Assembly (NCBI GenBank): GCA_910584125.1
Contig: CAJTXU010000007.1
Span: 14,315-78,314, forward strand
Origin: an uncultured Muribaculaceae bacterium
GTDB lineage: Bacteria > Bacteroidota > Bacteroidia > Bacteroidales > Muribaculaceae
Direction: 5' to 3'
Length of the DNA: 64,000 bases
A model generated the notes under the pieces. It had not been told where the DNA came from. It searched no databases and was given only the letters and a program-made list of their open reading frames with translations. Positions 35,927-45,610 of this stretch are shown here, piece by piece. The first letter of the stretch is position 1; each line of letters starts with the position of its first letter. The position numbers were made by a program, and so were the translations under genes.

Positions 35927-36874
35927 GTGACGGAAAAGGGAAACAGAATACTGAAATGGGGCATACTCGCCCTGCTGCTGTCGTATGTGGCGGTCATGGC
36001 CGTGTGGGCCAACCATGAGGCGCGCGTGCATGTCTGCACGGGCATCGAGGTGAAGGTCGACGGAGGCCTCCCCTCCGACAGTGTGACGCGCCAGGGCGTG
36101 CTCGACGAACTGCGCGACTACCCCGGCCAGATCGTCGGGCGACAGCTGCAGCAGGTCAACCCGACAGAAATCGAACGCTATCTCGCCTCGCGCAACACGT
36201 TCGAGAGCGTGAACTGCGTCCTCTCGCCCCGGGGCAAACTCGTGGTGAGGGTCGTGCCGATGATTCCCGTGATGAGGGTCTTCTTCGGCGACAACTCGTA
36301 TTATATCAACAAAGACGGCAAACATATCGAGACCAACGCCGAGTTCTTCAGCGACGTCCCGGTGGTGACGGGCCGCTTCAACCGCAGTTTCGCGCCGCGC
36401 GACGTGCTGCCTCTGGTGAAGTTCGCCACCACGGACCCGATGCTGTCGGAGCTGACGAGCATGATCGTGGCCGAAGACAGGGACAACCTCATCATCGTGC
36501 CCCGCATCCGGGGCCACGTGGTGAACTTCGGCGACACGACGCGCCTCGACGAGAAGAAACGCGCGCTGGTGATGTTTTACCGTCAGGTGATGCCCTACAA
36601 GGGCTGGCAGGAATACGACACGATATCGGTGAAGTTCCGGGGCCAGGTCGTCGCCACCCGGCGCGACAAGAGCCGCCTCAACCATGCCGAGGAGTATCAT
36701 GAGGACTACGACCTCGAGGAGGCCACTCTGCCCGATGCCGGCGAGGCGACGCCGGCGACGGCGCCCGCCAAGGCCCCGGCCGACGGCGCAGCAGCCGACG
36801 TTCCCGACTCAGCCGCCAACAAAACCACGCCTAACAAAGTTAATAAGAGTAACGGGCCCCAGAACGCGGGCTGA
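35927..36874 (+). CDS. ftsQ: Cell division protein FtsQ-like (GTG start)
   Basis: N-terminal TM helix, POTRA-like region and Bacteroidetes-type GWQEYDTISVKFRGQVVAT; lies between murC and ftsA. Confidence 0.85.
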   Translation: MTEKGNRILKWGILALLLSYVAVMAVWANHEARVHVCTGIEVKVDGGLPSDSVTRQGVLDELRDYPGQIVGRQLQQVNPTEIERYLASRNTFESVNCVLSPRGKLVVRVVPMIPVMRVFFGDNSYYINKDGKHIETNAEFFSDVPVVTGRFNRSFAPRDVLPLVKFATTDPMLSELTSMIVAEDRDNLIIVPRIRGHVVNFGDTTRLDEKKRALVMFYRQVMPYKGWQEYDTISVKFRGQVVATRRDKSRLNHAEEYHEDYDLEEATLPDAGEATPATAPAKAPADGAAADVPDSAANKTTPNKVNKSNGPQNAG

Positions 36875-36883
36875 CACAAGGAT

Positions 36884-38215
36884 ATGAACGACGACAGGTA
36901 TGTGGCTGCGATTGAAATCAGCAGCTCGAAAATAATCGCGGCGGTCGGACGCATGTATGCCGACGGCCGGCTTGAAGTGATAGCGGTCGACCAGGAACGC
37001 GGCGTCGACAGCGTGAGGTATGGCTTCATCCAGAACCTCGAGGAAACCTCCACGCGCATCATGCGGGTCATCGACAGGCTGCAGCGCAAGCCGAGCGTCG
37101 CCCCGAGAATCATCACGGGCCTATATGTCGGCCTGTCGGGACGCTCGCTGCGCAACATCCGCACCGAGGTGTCGATCTCGCTGCCCGACGAGACCGAAAT
37201 CACCGACGACATACTGAAGCGTCTGCGCGAGCAGGCCCTGGCCACGGCCATCGACTCCTCGCTCGAGGTGGTCGACGCCATACCGCGCACCTACTACGTC
37301 GGCAAGTCGGAGACCCATTCGCCCAAGGGGGCTATAGGCAACGGCATACGCGCCGTGTTCGACCTCATCGTGTGCCGCCCCGAGATGCGCCGCAACCTGA
37401 CGCGCACCATCTCCGACAAGGTGGGCATAGACGTCAAGGGATATGTCGTGACCGCGCTCTCCACGGCTCAGGTGATCTTGACCTCCGAAGAGAAGCGCCT
37501 CGGCTGCATGCTCGTCGACATGGGCGCCGAGACGACCTCCGTGTCGATCTACAAGGACGGCTCGCTGCGCTATTTCGCCACGCTGCCGCTGGGAGGACGC
37601 AACATCACGCGAGACATCGTGACGCTCAGCGTGCTCGAGGAGCGCGCCGAGGAAATCAAGATGTCGATGGCCAACGCGATGAACCGCGAGGTATCCTCGT
37701 TCAACATCAACGGCGTGAAGATGACCGAGGTCAACAGCCTCACCGTGGCGCGCGCCGAGGAGATCGTGGCCAACATCGTGGAGCAGGTGAAATACGCCGG
37801 CATGAAAGACAGCGACCTGCCCGCCGGAATCATCTGCATCGGCGGCGGCATGCGCCTCAACGGCATGATCGACCTGCTCTCGCGCCAGACCGGACTGAGG
37901 GTGAACCGCGGCAAGCTGCCCGGATACGTCACCATCGACGACTCCAAGACCTCGGCCTCCGAGCTGCTGCAGGTGGCGAGCATCCTCTATTCGGGCGCGA
38001 CGGCCTCGGCCGACGACGAATGTCTCGAGATGCCCGGAGCCAACGAGCTGCCCGTCACAGGCGAAGGCAACGAAGACGACCCCGAGGAGACACCCCGCGA
38101 ACGCGTCGAACCCTCCGGCGGCCGCCGCAACAGGCTCTGGCAGAAATTCCACGATCGCGTGGCCAACATATTCAAGACTCCCGGCGAGGACGACTCAGAC
38201 CTCATCGACGAGTGA
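36884..38215 (+). CDS. ftsA: Cell division protein FtsA
   Basis: AIEISSSKI, LVDMGAETT, PLGGRNITRDI and IGGG; C-terminal amphipathic helix. Confidence 0.95.
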   Translation: MNDDRYVAAIEISSSKIIAAVGRMYADGRLEVIAVDQERGVDSVRYGFIQNLEETSTRIMRVIDRLQRKPSVAPRIITGLYVGLSGRSLRNIRTEVSISLPDETEITDDILKRLREQALATAIDSSLEVVDAIPRTYYVGKSETHSPKGAIGNGIRAVFDLIVCRPEMRRNLTRTISDKVGIDVKGYVVTALSTAQVILTSEEKRLGCMLVDMGAETTSVSIYKDGSLRYFATLPLGGRNITRDIVTLSVLEERAEEIKMSMANAMNREVSSFNINGVKMTEVNSLTVARAEEIVANIVEQVKYAGMKDSDLPAGIICIGGGMRLNGMIDLLSRQTGLRVNRGKLPGYVTIDDSKTSASELLQVASILYSGATASADDECLEMPGANELPVTGEGNEDDPEETPRERVEPSGGRRNRLWQKFHDRVANIFKTPGEDDSDLIDE

Positions 38216-38268
38216 CACCCGGCGCCCGGACCGGGAAACCGATTTTCCAACCCCCAGACAACTAAGCT

Positions 38269-39654
38269 ATGGACCAGGATATAGAAAGAGACATAACCGA
38301 CGCATCGGGATTCGAGACCGAAGACGGAGGCAACGCCATAATAAAGGTGATAGGCGTGGGCGGCGGTGGCGGCAACGCGGTGAACTACATGTACCAGCAG
38401 AACATCCCGCTCATCAAGTACGTGGTCTGCAACACCGACAAGCAGGCGCTCGAGATGTCGCCCGTCGGCAACAAGCTGCTGATTGGCCGCGGCGTCACCA
38501 ACGGCCGCGGGGCCGGCAACAAGCCCGAGGTCGGCCGCGAATGCGCCGAGGAGAGCATCGAGGATATCCGCGCCCTCTTCCGCGACGAGACCGAGATGGT
38601 GTTCATCACCGCCGGAATGGGCGGAGGCACCGGCACCGGCGCGGCCCCCGTCGTGGCCCGCGAGGCCAAGGAGGCCGGCATGCTCACCATCGGCATTGTC
38701 ACCGTGCCCTTCATGTTCGAGGGCAAGAAGAAGATCCTCAAGGCTCTGGCCGGAGCCAAGGAGATGAAGAAATACGTCGACTCGCTGCTGATCATCAACA
38801 ACGAGAACATCATCGAGCTCTACAAGGACTTCAACCTCTTCAACGCCTTCAGCAAGGCCGACGACACGCTGGCCAACGCCGCCCGAAGCATCTCGGAGAT
38901 CATCAGCGAGACATGCTATATCAACGTCGATTTTCAGGACGTCAAGACCACGCTCAAGGACAGCGGCGCGGCCATCATAGCCACGGCGATAGGAGAGGGG
39001 GAGCACCGCATAACCGACGCCATCCAGAAGGCCCTGCACTCGCCCCTGCTCAAGAGCCACGACATCAACACCTCCAAGCGCCTGCTCTTCAAGTTCATGG
39101 GCTCGAAAGACTCCGAGAACGCGCTGCGCGCCGAGGAGATTGCCGAGATCACCAACTTCACCACCAAGCTCCCCTCGAGCATCGACGTGAAGTGGGGCAT
39201 AGGCGACGACCCCTCGATGGGCGACAAGGTGAAGATTACCGTGCTCGCCTCGGGCTTCGACGTCACCATCTTCGAAAGCTCCGACAAGGACGAGAACGGC
39301 GAGAAACCCAAGGAGACCGTCGTGTTCCGGAGCGGCGAGAACAGCACGCCCGAGGTCGCGGCCAAGGAGAAGGACGAGACGCGCCAGATCGCCGAGGTCT
39401 ACGGCTCCGACAAACTCAAGGAGCAGGAGCGCGAAGCCGCCCGTCTCAAATACGCCGTGCTGAAGCCCAGCCAGTTCGACGACCACGAGGCCATAGCCCT
39501 GCTCGAGAAGTATCCGACCTACTCGCGCCCCCAGCAGGTCAAGGAGCAGCTCCACAAGCTCTCGCTCGGCCAGCCCGTCAAGCCCGCGCAACGTCCCGAA
39601 CGCCGCGACGAGCCGCGCGACGGCGGCGCACAGATCACCTTCGGCGGCTTCTGA
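38269..39654 (+). CDS. ftsZ: Cell division protein FtsZ
   Basis: IKVIGVGGGGGNAV, NTD, AGMGGGTGTGAAP and INVDFQDV. Confidence 0.98.
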   Translation: MDQDIERDITDASGFETEDGGNAIIKVIGVGGGGGNAVNYMYQQNIPLIKYVVCNTDKQALEMSPVGNKLLIGRGVTNGRGAGNKPEVGRECAEESIEDIRALFRDETEMVFITAGMGGGTGTGAAPVVAREAKEAGMLTIGIVTVPFMFEGKKKILKALAGAKEMKKYVDSLLIINNENIIELYKDFNLFNAFSKADDTLANAARSISEIISETCYINVDFQDVKTTLKDSGAAIIATAIGEGEHRITDAIQKALHSPLLKSHDINTSKRLLFKFMGSKDSENALRAEEIAEITNFTTKLPSSIDVKWGIGDDPSMGDKVKITVLASGFDVTIFESSDKDENGEKPKETVVFRSGENSTPEVAAKEKDETRQIAEVYGSDKLKEQEREAARLKYAVLKPSQFDDHEAIALLEKYPTYSRPQQVKEQLHKLSLGQPVKPAQRPERRDEPRDGGAQITFGGF

Positions 39655-39723
39655 GCCGACATAACATCTCATGATTTACCGTAACTCAACTAAATAAAAC
39701 AAAGACACAGCATCCCGAACAAG

Positions 39724-41370
39724 ATGGAAAATTCATTTTCAATGGTGGCCAAGACCTATCAGGGTCTTGAGGACGTGCTGCGCGACGAGCTGCTGAGCCT
39801 CGGCGCCGAGAACGTGGAGATAGGTCGCCGCATGGTGAGCTTCGAGGGCGACCTCGAGCTGATGTACAAGGCCAACCTCTGCTGCCGCACGGCCCTGAGG
39901 ATTTTGAAACCGATTGAAAAGTTCACGGCCCGCACCCCCGACGAGCTTTATGACGTGGTGCGCGATATCGAATGGGAGAAATACATGACGACCGAGACGA
40001 CGTTCGCCATCGATTCGACAGTCAACAGCGAGGAGTTCACCCATTCACGCTTCGTGACCTACAGGGTCAAGGACGGCATCGTCGACCACTTCTCGGACAC
40101 GTGCGGCAAGCGTCCATCGATCAGCGTCGCCAATCCCGACAGAATCTTCGACGTGCATATCTCCGACAACCGGGTCACCATCTCGCTCGACTCGAGCGGC
40201 GAGCCCCTCTCCAAACGCGGATACCGCGCCGAGCAGACCGAAGCGCCAATCAGCGAGGTCCTCGCCGCCGGAATCATCCTCAAGACAGGCTGGCGCGGCG
40301 ACTGCGACTTCGCCGACCCGATGTGCGGCTCGGGAACGTTCCTCATCGAGGCCGCCCTAATCGCCGCAAACATCAATCCGGGAATCTACCGCACCGGTTT
40401 CGCCTTCGAGAAGTGGGATGATTTCGACGCCGACCTCTTCGAGGCCCTCTATAACGACGACAGCGCCGAGCGCGAGTTCAAGTGCAAGATATACGGCGGC
40501 GACATCGACCCCGAGGCCGTGCAGACGGCCCGCCGCAACATAAAATCAGCCCAGGTGGAGGAGATGATCGAGCTCTCCTGCCGTCCTATGGCCGACTGGA
40601 CCGAGAACCCCGAGGAGGGCGTCCTCGTCATGAATCCCCCCTACGGCAAGCGTCTGCGCCCCGACGACATGGAGGAGCTATACCGTGGCATCGGCACATG
40701 CCTCAAGCGCAATTTCCGCGGATGGCACGCCTGGATCATCAGCCTCGACAACGAGGATTTCGACTGGATCGGCCTCAAGCCCTCAATCAAACTGCCGTTG
40801 CTCAACGGCAGCCTCGAGTGCTCGCTGCGTGAGTACGTGATGTTCGACGGCCGCTACAATGACTTCCGCTCGGAGGGTGGCTCGGTCAAGGGCTTCGACG
40901 CCGACGGCGAGCAAAACCGCGGCCCGCGCAAGATGAAGCGCCTGTCGGACGACGAATGGAAGCGCGAGACCCGCAAGTTCGGCCAGCACGACCGCAGGCC
41001 GTCGGGCTACTCCGGCCGCAAGGAAGAGAGAAGGGATTTCCGCCGAGACGACAGGCGTGATGACAGGCGGGACGACCGCAGGGATTACCGACGTGACGAC
41101 CGACGTGACGACCGCAAGGATTTCCGACGCGACGACCGACGTGACGACCGCCGCGACGACCGAAAGGATTTCCGACGCGACGACCGCCGTCCGCAGGGCC
41201 GCGACGACCGCCGTCCGCAGGGCCGCGACGACCGCCGCAAATCAGGCCGCGACGACCGCCGCGACAAGGGTCCCGTCAGCATAACGCCCAAGACTCCGAG
41301 CATCGACCCGGGCCGACAGACGGTGATCAACCCCGTGCATTTCCGCAAACGCAAGGACCGTAACGACTAA
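39724..41370 (+). CDS. THUMP-domain rRNA methyltransferase (RlmL-like) with Arg/Asp repeat tail
   Basis: SLDSSGEPLSKRGYR, APISEVLAA, DPMCGSGT and NPPYGKR; C-terminal RDDR repeats. Confidence 0.9.
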   Translation: MENSFSMVAKTYQGLEDVLRDELLSLGAENVEIGRRMVSFEGDLELMYKANLCCRTALRILKPIEKFTARTPDELYDVVRDIEWEKYMTTETTFAIDSTVNSEEFTHSRFVTYRVKDGIVDHFSDTCGKRPSISVANPDRIFDVHISDNRVTISLDSSGEPLSKRGYRAEQTEAPISEVLAAGIILKTGWRGDCDFADPMCGSGTFLIEAALIAANINPGIYRTGFAFEKWDDFDADLFEALYNDDSAEREFKCKIYGGDIDPEAVQTARRNIKSAQVEEMIELSCRPMADWTENPEEGVLVMNPPYGKRLRPDDMEELYRGIGTCLKRNFRGWHAWIISLDNEDFDWIGLKPSIKLPLLNGSLECSLREYVMFDGRYNDFRSEGGSVKGFDADGEQNRGPRKMKRLSDDEWKRETRKFGQHDRRPSGYSGRKEERRDFRRDDRRDDRRDDRRDYRRDDRRDDRKDFRRDDRRDDRRDDRKDFRRDDRRPQGRDDRRPQGRDDRRKSGRDDRRDKGPVSITPKTPSIDPGRQTVINPVHFRKRKDRND

Positions 41371-41382
41371 ACCCGAAACAGG

Positions 41383-42354
41383 ATGATCCGCAGGCATGTG
41401 ATGGGAAAGGAGGGGATGACGCTGGCCCTCGCCGCCGCGCTGGCCATGGCGGCCGTCGCGTTCTTCTGCGCCGCCCCGCAGTCGCTCGGCGGCGACATGG
41501 GCATATGCCTCCCTTCGCCCAACCGCTGGGGCATGACCCCGCTCGGAGGCTGGATCTTCAATCTCTCCGCGCTGCTTGTGGCCACCGTCACGCTCTATTT
41601 CTTCAACAAGCAGTTCACAGTGGTGCAGGGCTCCGACACCGTGCTGACGGGCATGTTCATATTCACGGCGTGCTCGAACGTCTGGGTGTCGGGCATACTG
41701 ACGTCGTCGGGCATAATGGCCCTGGCAAACCTGATATGCCTCTCGGTGCTGTTCGGCTGCTGGCAGAAGCACAACGCGACCCAGGAGATGTTCCTGATAG
41801 CCACGATCCTGGCCGTAGGCTCGATGTTCCAGTATGCGTTCATCTTCATGACCCCGGTCTACCTGCTCGGGGCCATGATGCTGAAATGCTTCAATTTCCG
41901 TTGCCTTGTGGCATATCTGATGGGGCTCGCCGCCCCATACTGGGTGGCCGTCGGACTTGGCATAGTGTCGGTCGACGCCTTCACGATGCCGACGTTCACC
42001 AACCTCTTCGACGGCTTCGCCTCCCGCAGCGGTCTGCTGGTAGGGATGCTCAACGTGGCGGTGACGGCGTTCATCGGCCTGATACTGGCCTTCAACAACG
42101 GCGTCCGCCTCTACGCCGGCAACACGCAGCGGCGTCTCTACAACATGGTGGTCGACCTGCTCGGGGTGGCCTGCGTGATGTGCATGCTGCTCGACTTCAA
42201 CAACATGGTGGCCTACATGGCTACGCTCTATATGATCACGGCCTTCCAGCTGGCCAATCTGTTCGCCCTGTGGCACGTGCACCGCGGCGGCCTCTGGCTG
42301 TTCATGCTCTCGCTGCTCTATGTGGCGGCTTACCTGATAATGATACTCGGATGA
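41383..42354 (+). CDS. Polytopic membrane protein of unknown function
   Basis: About nine hydrophobic segments; stop overlaps the pdxB start (ATGA). Confidence 0.75.
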   Translation: MIRRHVMGKEGMTLALAAALAMAAVAFFCAAPQSLGGDMGICLPSPNRWGMTPLGGWIFNLSALLVATVTLYFFNKQFTVVQGSDTVLTGMFIFTACSNVWVSGILTSSGIMALANLICLSVLFGCWQKHNATQEMFLIATILAVGSMFQYAFIFMTPVYLLGAMMLKCFNFRCLVAYLMGLAAPYWVAVGLGIVSVDAFTMPTFTNLFDGFASRSGLLVGMLNVAVTAFIGLILAFNNGVRLYAGNTQRRLYNMVVDLLGVACVMCMLLDFNNMVAYMATLYMITAFQLANLFALWHVHRGGLWLFMLSLLYVAAYLIMILG

Positions 42355-43379
42355 AGATAATAGCAGACGAAAACATACCCTTTCTGCGCGGGCGCCTGGA
42401 GGCCATGCGCCCCGGCGGCGCCGAGGTGACATATGTCGACCAGTTCGGGTTCACGCCCGGTCTGGTGCGCGACGCCGACGCCGTCGTGATTCGCACGCGC
42501 ACGCGCTGCGACGCCTCGCTGCTTGAAGGCTCGTCGGTGCGTCTGGTCGCCACGGCCACCATCGGCATGGATCAGATTGACCTCGGCTGGTGCGCCGGCC
42601 GGGGCATAGAGGTGCGCAACGCCCCCGGCTGCAACGCCCCGGGCGTGGCCCAGTATGTGTGGGCCTCGCTGCTGCGCTCGGGCTTCGACCCGGCGAGGCA
42701 TACGCTCGGCATAGTTGGATGCGGCAACGTCGGCTCGGTGGTGCGCGAATGGGGCGAGTCGCTGGGATGCCGCATGCTCGTGTCCGACCCTCCGCGTCAG
42801 GAAGCCGGAATGCCCGGCGAATACACGCCGCTCGACCGTCTGCTTGCCGAGAGCGACGCCGTGACGCTCCACACGCCGCTGACGCTCGCCGGGCCGCACG
42901 CCACGCGCCATCTGATCGGGGAGCGCGAGCTCGCGCTGATGCGCGACGGCGCTATTCTGGTCAACGCCGCCCGCGGACCGGTGGTGGACTTCGAGGCACT
43001 GCGCCCCGAGATGACGGGCGGAAGGCTCCGCGCCATCATCGACACCTGGGAAGGGGAGCCCCGCGTGGACCGCGCGATCCTCGACGCCGCCCTGTACGCG
43101 ACGTTCCACATCGCCGGATACTCGCTGCAGGGCAAGCAGCGCGCCACGCGCATGGCCATCGAGGCCGTGGAGCGGGCATTCGGCGTGGAGGTCGACAAGA
43201 GCGGTCTCGAGCAGGCCTATGCCGGTCTCCCCGGCGTGACGGCCGCCGACATCATGGCCTCTTACGATCCGGCCGCCGACACGGCCGCGCTCCGCGCCGC
43301 GCCCGACGACTTCGACCGCCTCAGGCATGACTACGAATACCGCCGCGAGACACGCGTCGGCAACGCCTCAACATTCTAA
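42351..43379 (+). CDS. pdxB: Erythronate-4-phosphate dehydrogenase
   Basis: True start MKIIADENIPF lies inside the longer 41505 ORF. Motifs RTRT, ATATIG.D, NAPGCNA, GIVGCGNVG, LHTPL, DTWEGEP and HIAGYS. Confidence 0.93.
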   Translation: MKIIADENIPFLRGRLEAMRPGGAEVTYVDQFGFTPGLVRDADAVVIRTRTRCDASLLEGSSVRLVATATIGMDQIDLGWCAGRGIEVRNAPGCNAPGVAQYVWASLLRSGFDPARHTLGIVGCGNVGSVVREWGESLGCRMLVSDPPRQEAGMPGEYTPLDRLLAESDAVTLHTPLTLAGPHATRHLIGERELALMRDGAILVNAARGPVVDFEALRPEMTGGRLRAIIDTWEGEPRVDRAILDAALYATFHIAGYSLQGKQRATRMAIEAVERAFGVEVDKSGLEQAYAGLPGVTAADIMASYDPAADTAALRAAPDDFDRLRHDYEYRRETRVGNASTF

Positions 43380-43395
43380 CCGACACCGATTGCCG

Positions 43396-44052
43396 ATGAA
43401 GAAATATTACGTTGTATGGTCGGGCCGTGTGCCCGGCGTCTACGATGACCTGCGCGACGCCCTCGAGCAGGTCGACGACTATCCCGGCGCATCGTTCAAG
43501 AGTTTCGAGAGCGCCGAGGCCGCGGCCGTGGCCTTCAGGCAGGGCTGCGCCCGCGAGGAGGGCCGCGAGGTCGCCGGTCTGCTGCTCGACGCCCAGCGCC
43601 GCAATATCCCGGCCTCCGGCCGCCCGGACTATATGTCGATACCAGAGATCGACCTCTCGGGGTGGGCCGTAGACGCCGCATGCGCCGGCAACCCGGGCCG
43701 CATGGAATACCGGGGCGTCGAACTCATGACGGGGCGCGAGCTTTTCCGCGTCGGCCCGGTGGAGCATTCCACCAACAACATCGGCGAGTTCCTGGCCATT
43801 GTTCACGCGCTGTCGCTGATGTTCCGTATGGGCGAGCGCCACACGATATACTCTGATTCGAAGACGGGCATGGCATGGGTGCGCGACCGCAAGGTGAAGA
43901 CACAGCTGAAACGCACGCCGCAGACCGAGAGGAGCTTCCAGCTCATGGAGCGCGCCCTGTCATGGCTCAACACGCATACGGTCGATGTCCGCATCCGCAA
44001 ATGGGAGACAGAGAGATGGGGGGAGATTCCGGCCGACTTCGGAAGGAAATAG
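43396..44052 (+). CDS. rnhA: Ribonuclease HI with N-terminal hybrid-binding (viroplasmin-like) domain
   Basis: KYYVVWSGRVPGVY...FKSF; AVDAACAGNPG, TNNIGEFLAIVHAL, IYSDS and WGEIPADFGRK. Confidence 0.92.
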   Translation: MKKYYVVWSGRVPGVYDDLRDALEQVDDYPGASFKSFESAEAAAVAFRQGCAREEGREVAGLLLDAQRRNIPASGRPDYMSIPEIDLSGWAVDAACAGNPGRMEYRGVELMTGRELFRVGPVEHSTNNIGEFLAIVHALSLMFRMGERHTIYSDSKTGMAWVRDRKVKTQLKRTPQTERSFQLMERALSWLNTHTVDVRIRKWETERWGEIPADFGRK

Positions 44053-44975
44053 AGGCCCGGCTCCTAAGCTCGGGCGCAGTGGCCGTCGGTTTCGCCGAGG
44101 CCGGGAGGGTGTCGGCTCAGGCCGCGGCATGTTTCGACGACTGGCTGGCGGCCGGTCGCAACGCCGGCATGGCCTATATGGCCAATCATAAGGAGATACG
44201 CATTGACCCGCGCCTGCTGCTCGACGGCGGGGCGCGGACACTCGTATGCATGGCGTTCCCTTACCGCTCGGACGCCGTGCGCGACGCGTCGCTGCCGCGT
44301 GTGTCGGCCTACGCGCTGCTTCCCGACTACCACATGTGGGTGCGCGAGGCGGTGCGCCGCTCCGGGGTGGGGCAGTTGCTCGGCGAGGATGGGCGCGACT
44401 GGCGCATATGTGTCGATTCGGCGCCGGTGATGGAGCGTTATTGGGCCGTGGCCTCAGGAATCGCCGTCAGAGGCGCGAACGGCGCCGCGATAATACCGGG
44501 CTACGGACCGGAGGTGATTTTAGCCGAGATAGCCGCGGCAATGCCTCTGGAGACCGATTCACGGCCGGCACACACATGCCGTGGTTGCGGAGCATGTCTG
44601 CGCGCTTGTCCCACGGGGGCTCTGCGCGGCGACGGGACTATCGACTGTCGCCGCTGCATCAGCTACCTCACCATCGAGCATCGGGGGGGCTGGGACACGA
44701 CCGAGGCGGCCGCGGCGATGGCCACGGCCGCCGGGCGCGGCACGCTGTTCGGCTGCGACCGCTGCGTCGCCGCATGTCCGGAACGAAAGAATAAGGACGT
44801 GTCGGCCGAGCCGGTATGCGCGCCGCTGCCGGGCATTGTCGGCATAACGGCCGTCGACATACTGTCTGGCCCGGAGGCTGACCTGACGCGTATGTTGAAA
44901 GGGAGCTGCCTCAAGCGCGCCGGACGAGCCGGGCTGAGGCGCAACGCCCTGAACACCCTGCCCGAAACCGAATAG
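44016..44975 (+). CDS. queG: Epoxyqueuosine reductase
   Basis: G.NAGMAYM, DPRLLL, VDSAPVMERYWA, CxxCxxCxxxCPTGA, CISYLTIE and FGCDRCVAACP. Start is 44001 or 44016, overlapping the rnhA end. Confidence 0.88.
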   Translation: MGGDSGRLRKEIEARLLSSGAVAVGFAEAGRVSAQAAACFDDWLAAGRNAGMAYMANHKEIRIDPRLLLDGGARTLVCMAFPYRSDAVRDASLPRVSAYALLPDYHMWVREAVRRSGVGQLLGEDGRDWRICVDSAPVMERYWAVASGIAVRGANGAAIIPGYGPEVILAEIAAAMPLETDSRPAHTCRGCGACLRACPTGALRGDGTIDCRRCISYLTIEHRGGWDTTEAAAAMATAAGRGTLFGCDRCVAACPERKNKDVSAEPVCAPLPGIVGITAVDILSGPEADLTRMLKGSCLKRAGRAGLRRNALNTLPETE

Positions 44976-44982
44976 CCTTAGG

Positions 44983-45312
44983 TTACATCTTGGCAGTCGC
45001 TGAACCCCAGGGCTCGTTGCTGTTGAGCTCGCGCACGCTTTCGTAATTCTCAGTGGAACGCGAGAGAACCTTCTCGATTTCGTGGACGGAATTCTCGTCG
45101 AAATCCTTGTAGTCCCTGTATTTCTCCTCTTCATCGGAATCGACGGGTATGACGGTCATCTTGTCGTAGAAATTACGGCCCGAGAGGGTAGGGAACTTCT
45201 TGTCGAGATAATCTCTGACGGTGGCCTTGATATCAGCCACCTTGTCGCAATGGTCGAGGCGCAGACGGTATTTCGTTGAATTACCGAAGCTGATAATGCA
45301 AATCTTATCCAT
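44983..45312 (-). CDS. Hypothetical 109-aa soluble protein
   Basis: ATG after an AT-rich leader; protein-like composition and native codon usage. Confidence 0.7.
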   Translation of the reverse strand: MDKICIISFGNSTKYRLRLDHCDKVADIKATVRDYLDKKFPTLSGRNFYDKMTVIPVDSDEEEKYRDYKDFDENSVHEIEKVLSRSTENYESVRELNSNEPWGSATAKM

Positions 45313-45610
45313 AACAACAGTGTTTATATTACAGTGGTTAAAAGTAATAAGTAAAAAGTAATACGTGCAATGCGAAACGGATATTGACCAGCTGTATCAA
45401 AGCCGTCATACCCGCCGCCGAACATAGTGATAACGCCCGAACAGCCCGATGGTTTGCCGCCCCGCCTGAAACCCACGCCAAGTCTTGAACCTTGCATCAA
45501 ATTACCATCAATTATTTTCTGAAATTTTGTTGGATGTTTCACAAAGATTGATTACTTTTGCGATGGTTTTGACGACTATTAGAACCGGATTCAACTAAAA
45601 CCGATATATT

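Noticed and set aside
41505..43379. 624-aa ORF as a PdxB fusion protein
   Set aside because: The first ~280 codons are an alternate frame of the membrane-protein gene. PdxB starts at ATG 42351, overlapping that gene's stop.
45366..45505. Possible 6S RNA suggested by TCTTGAACC in the 45312-45611 spacer
   Set aside because: I could not find the long closing stem with a central bubble, and the expected gene context is absent. An Rfam search would be needed.
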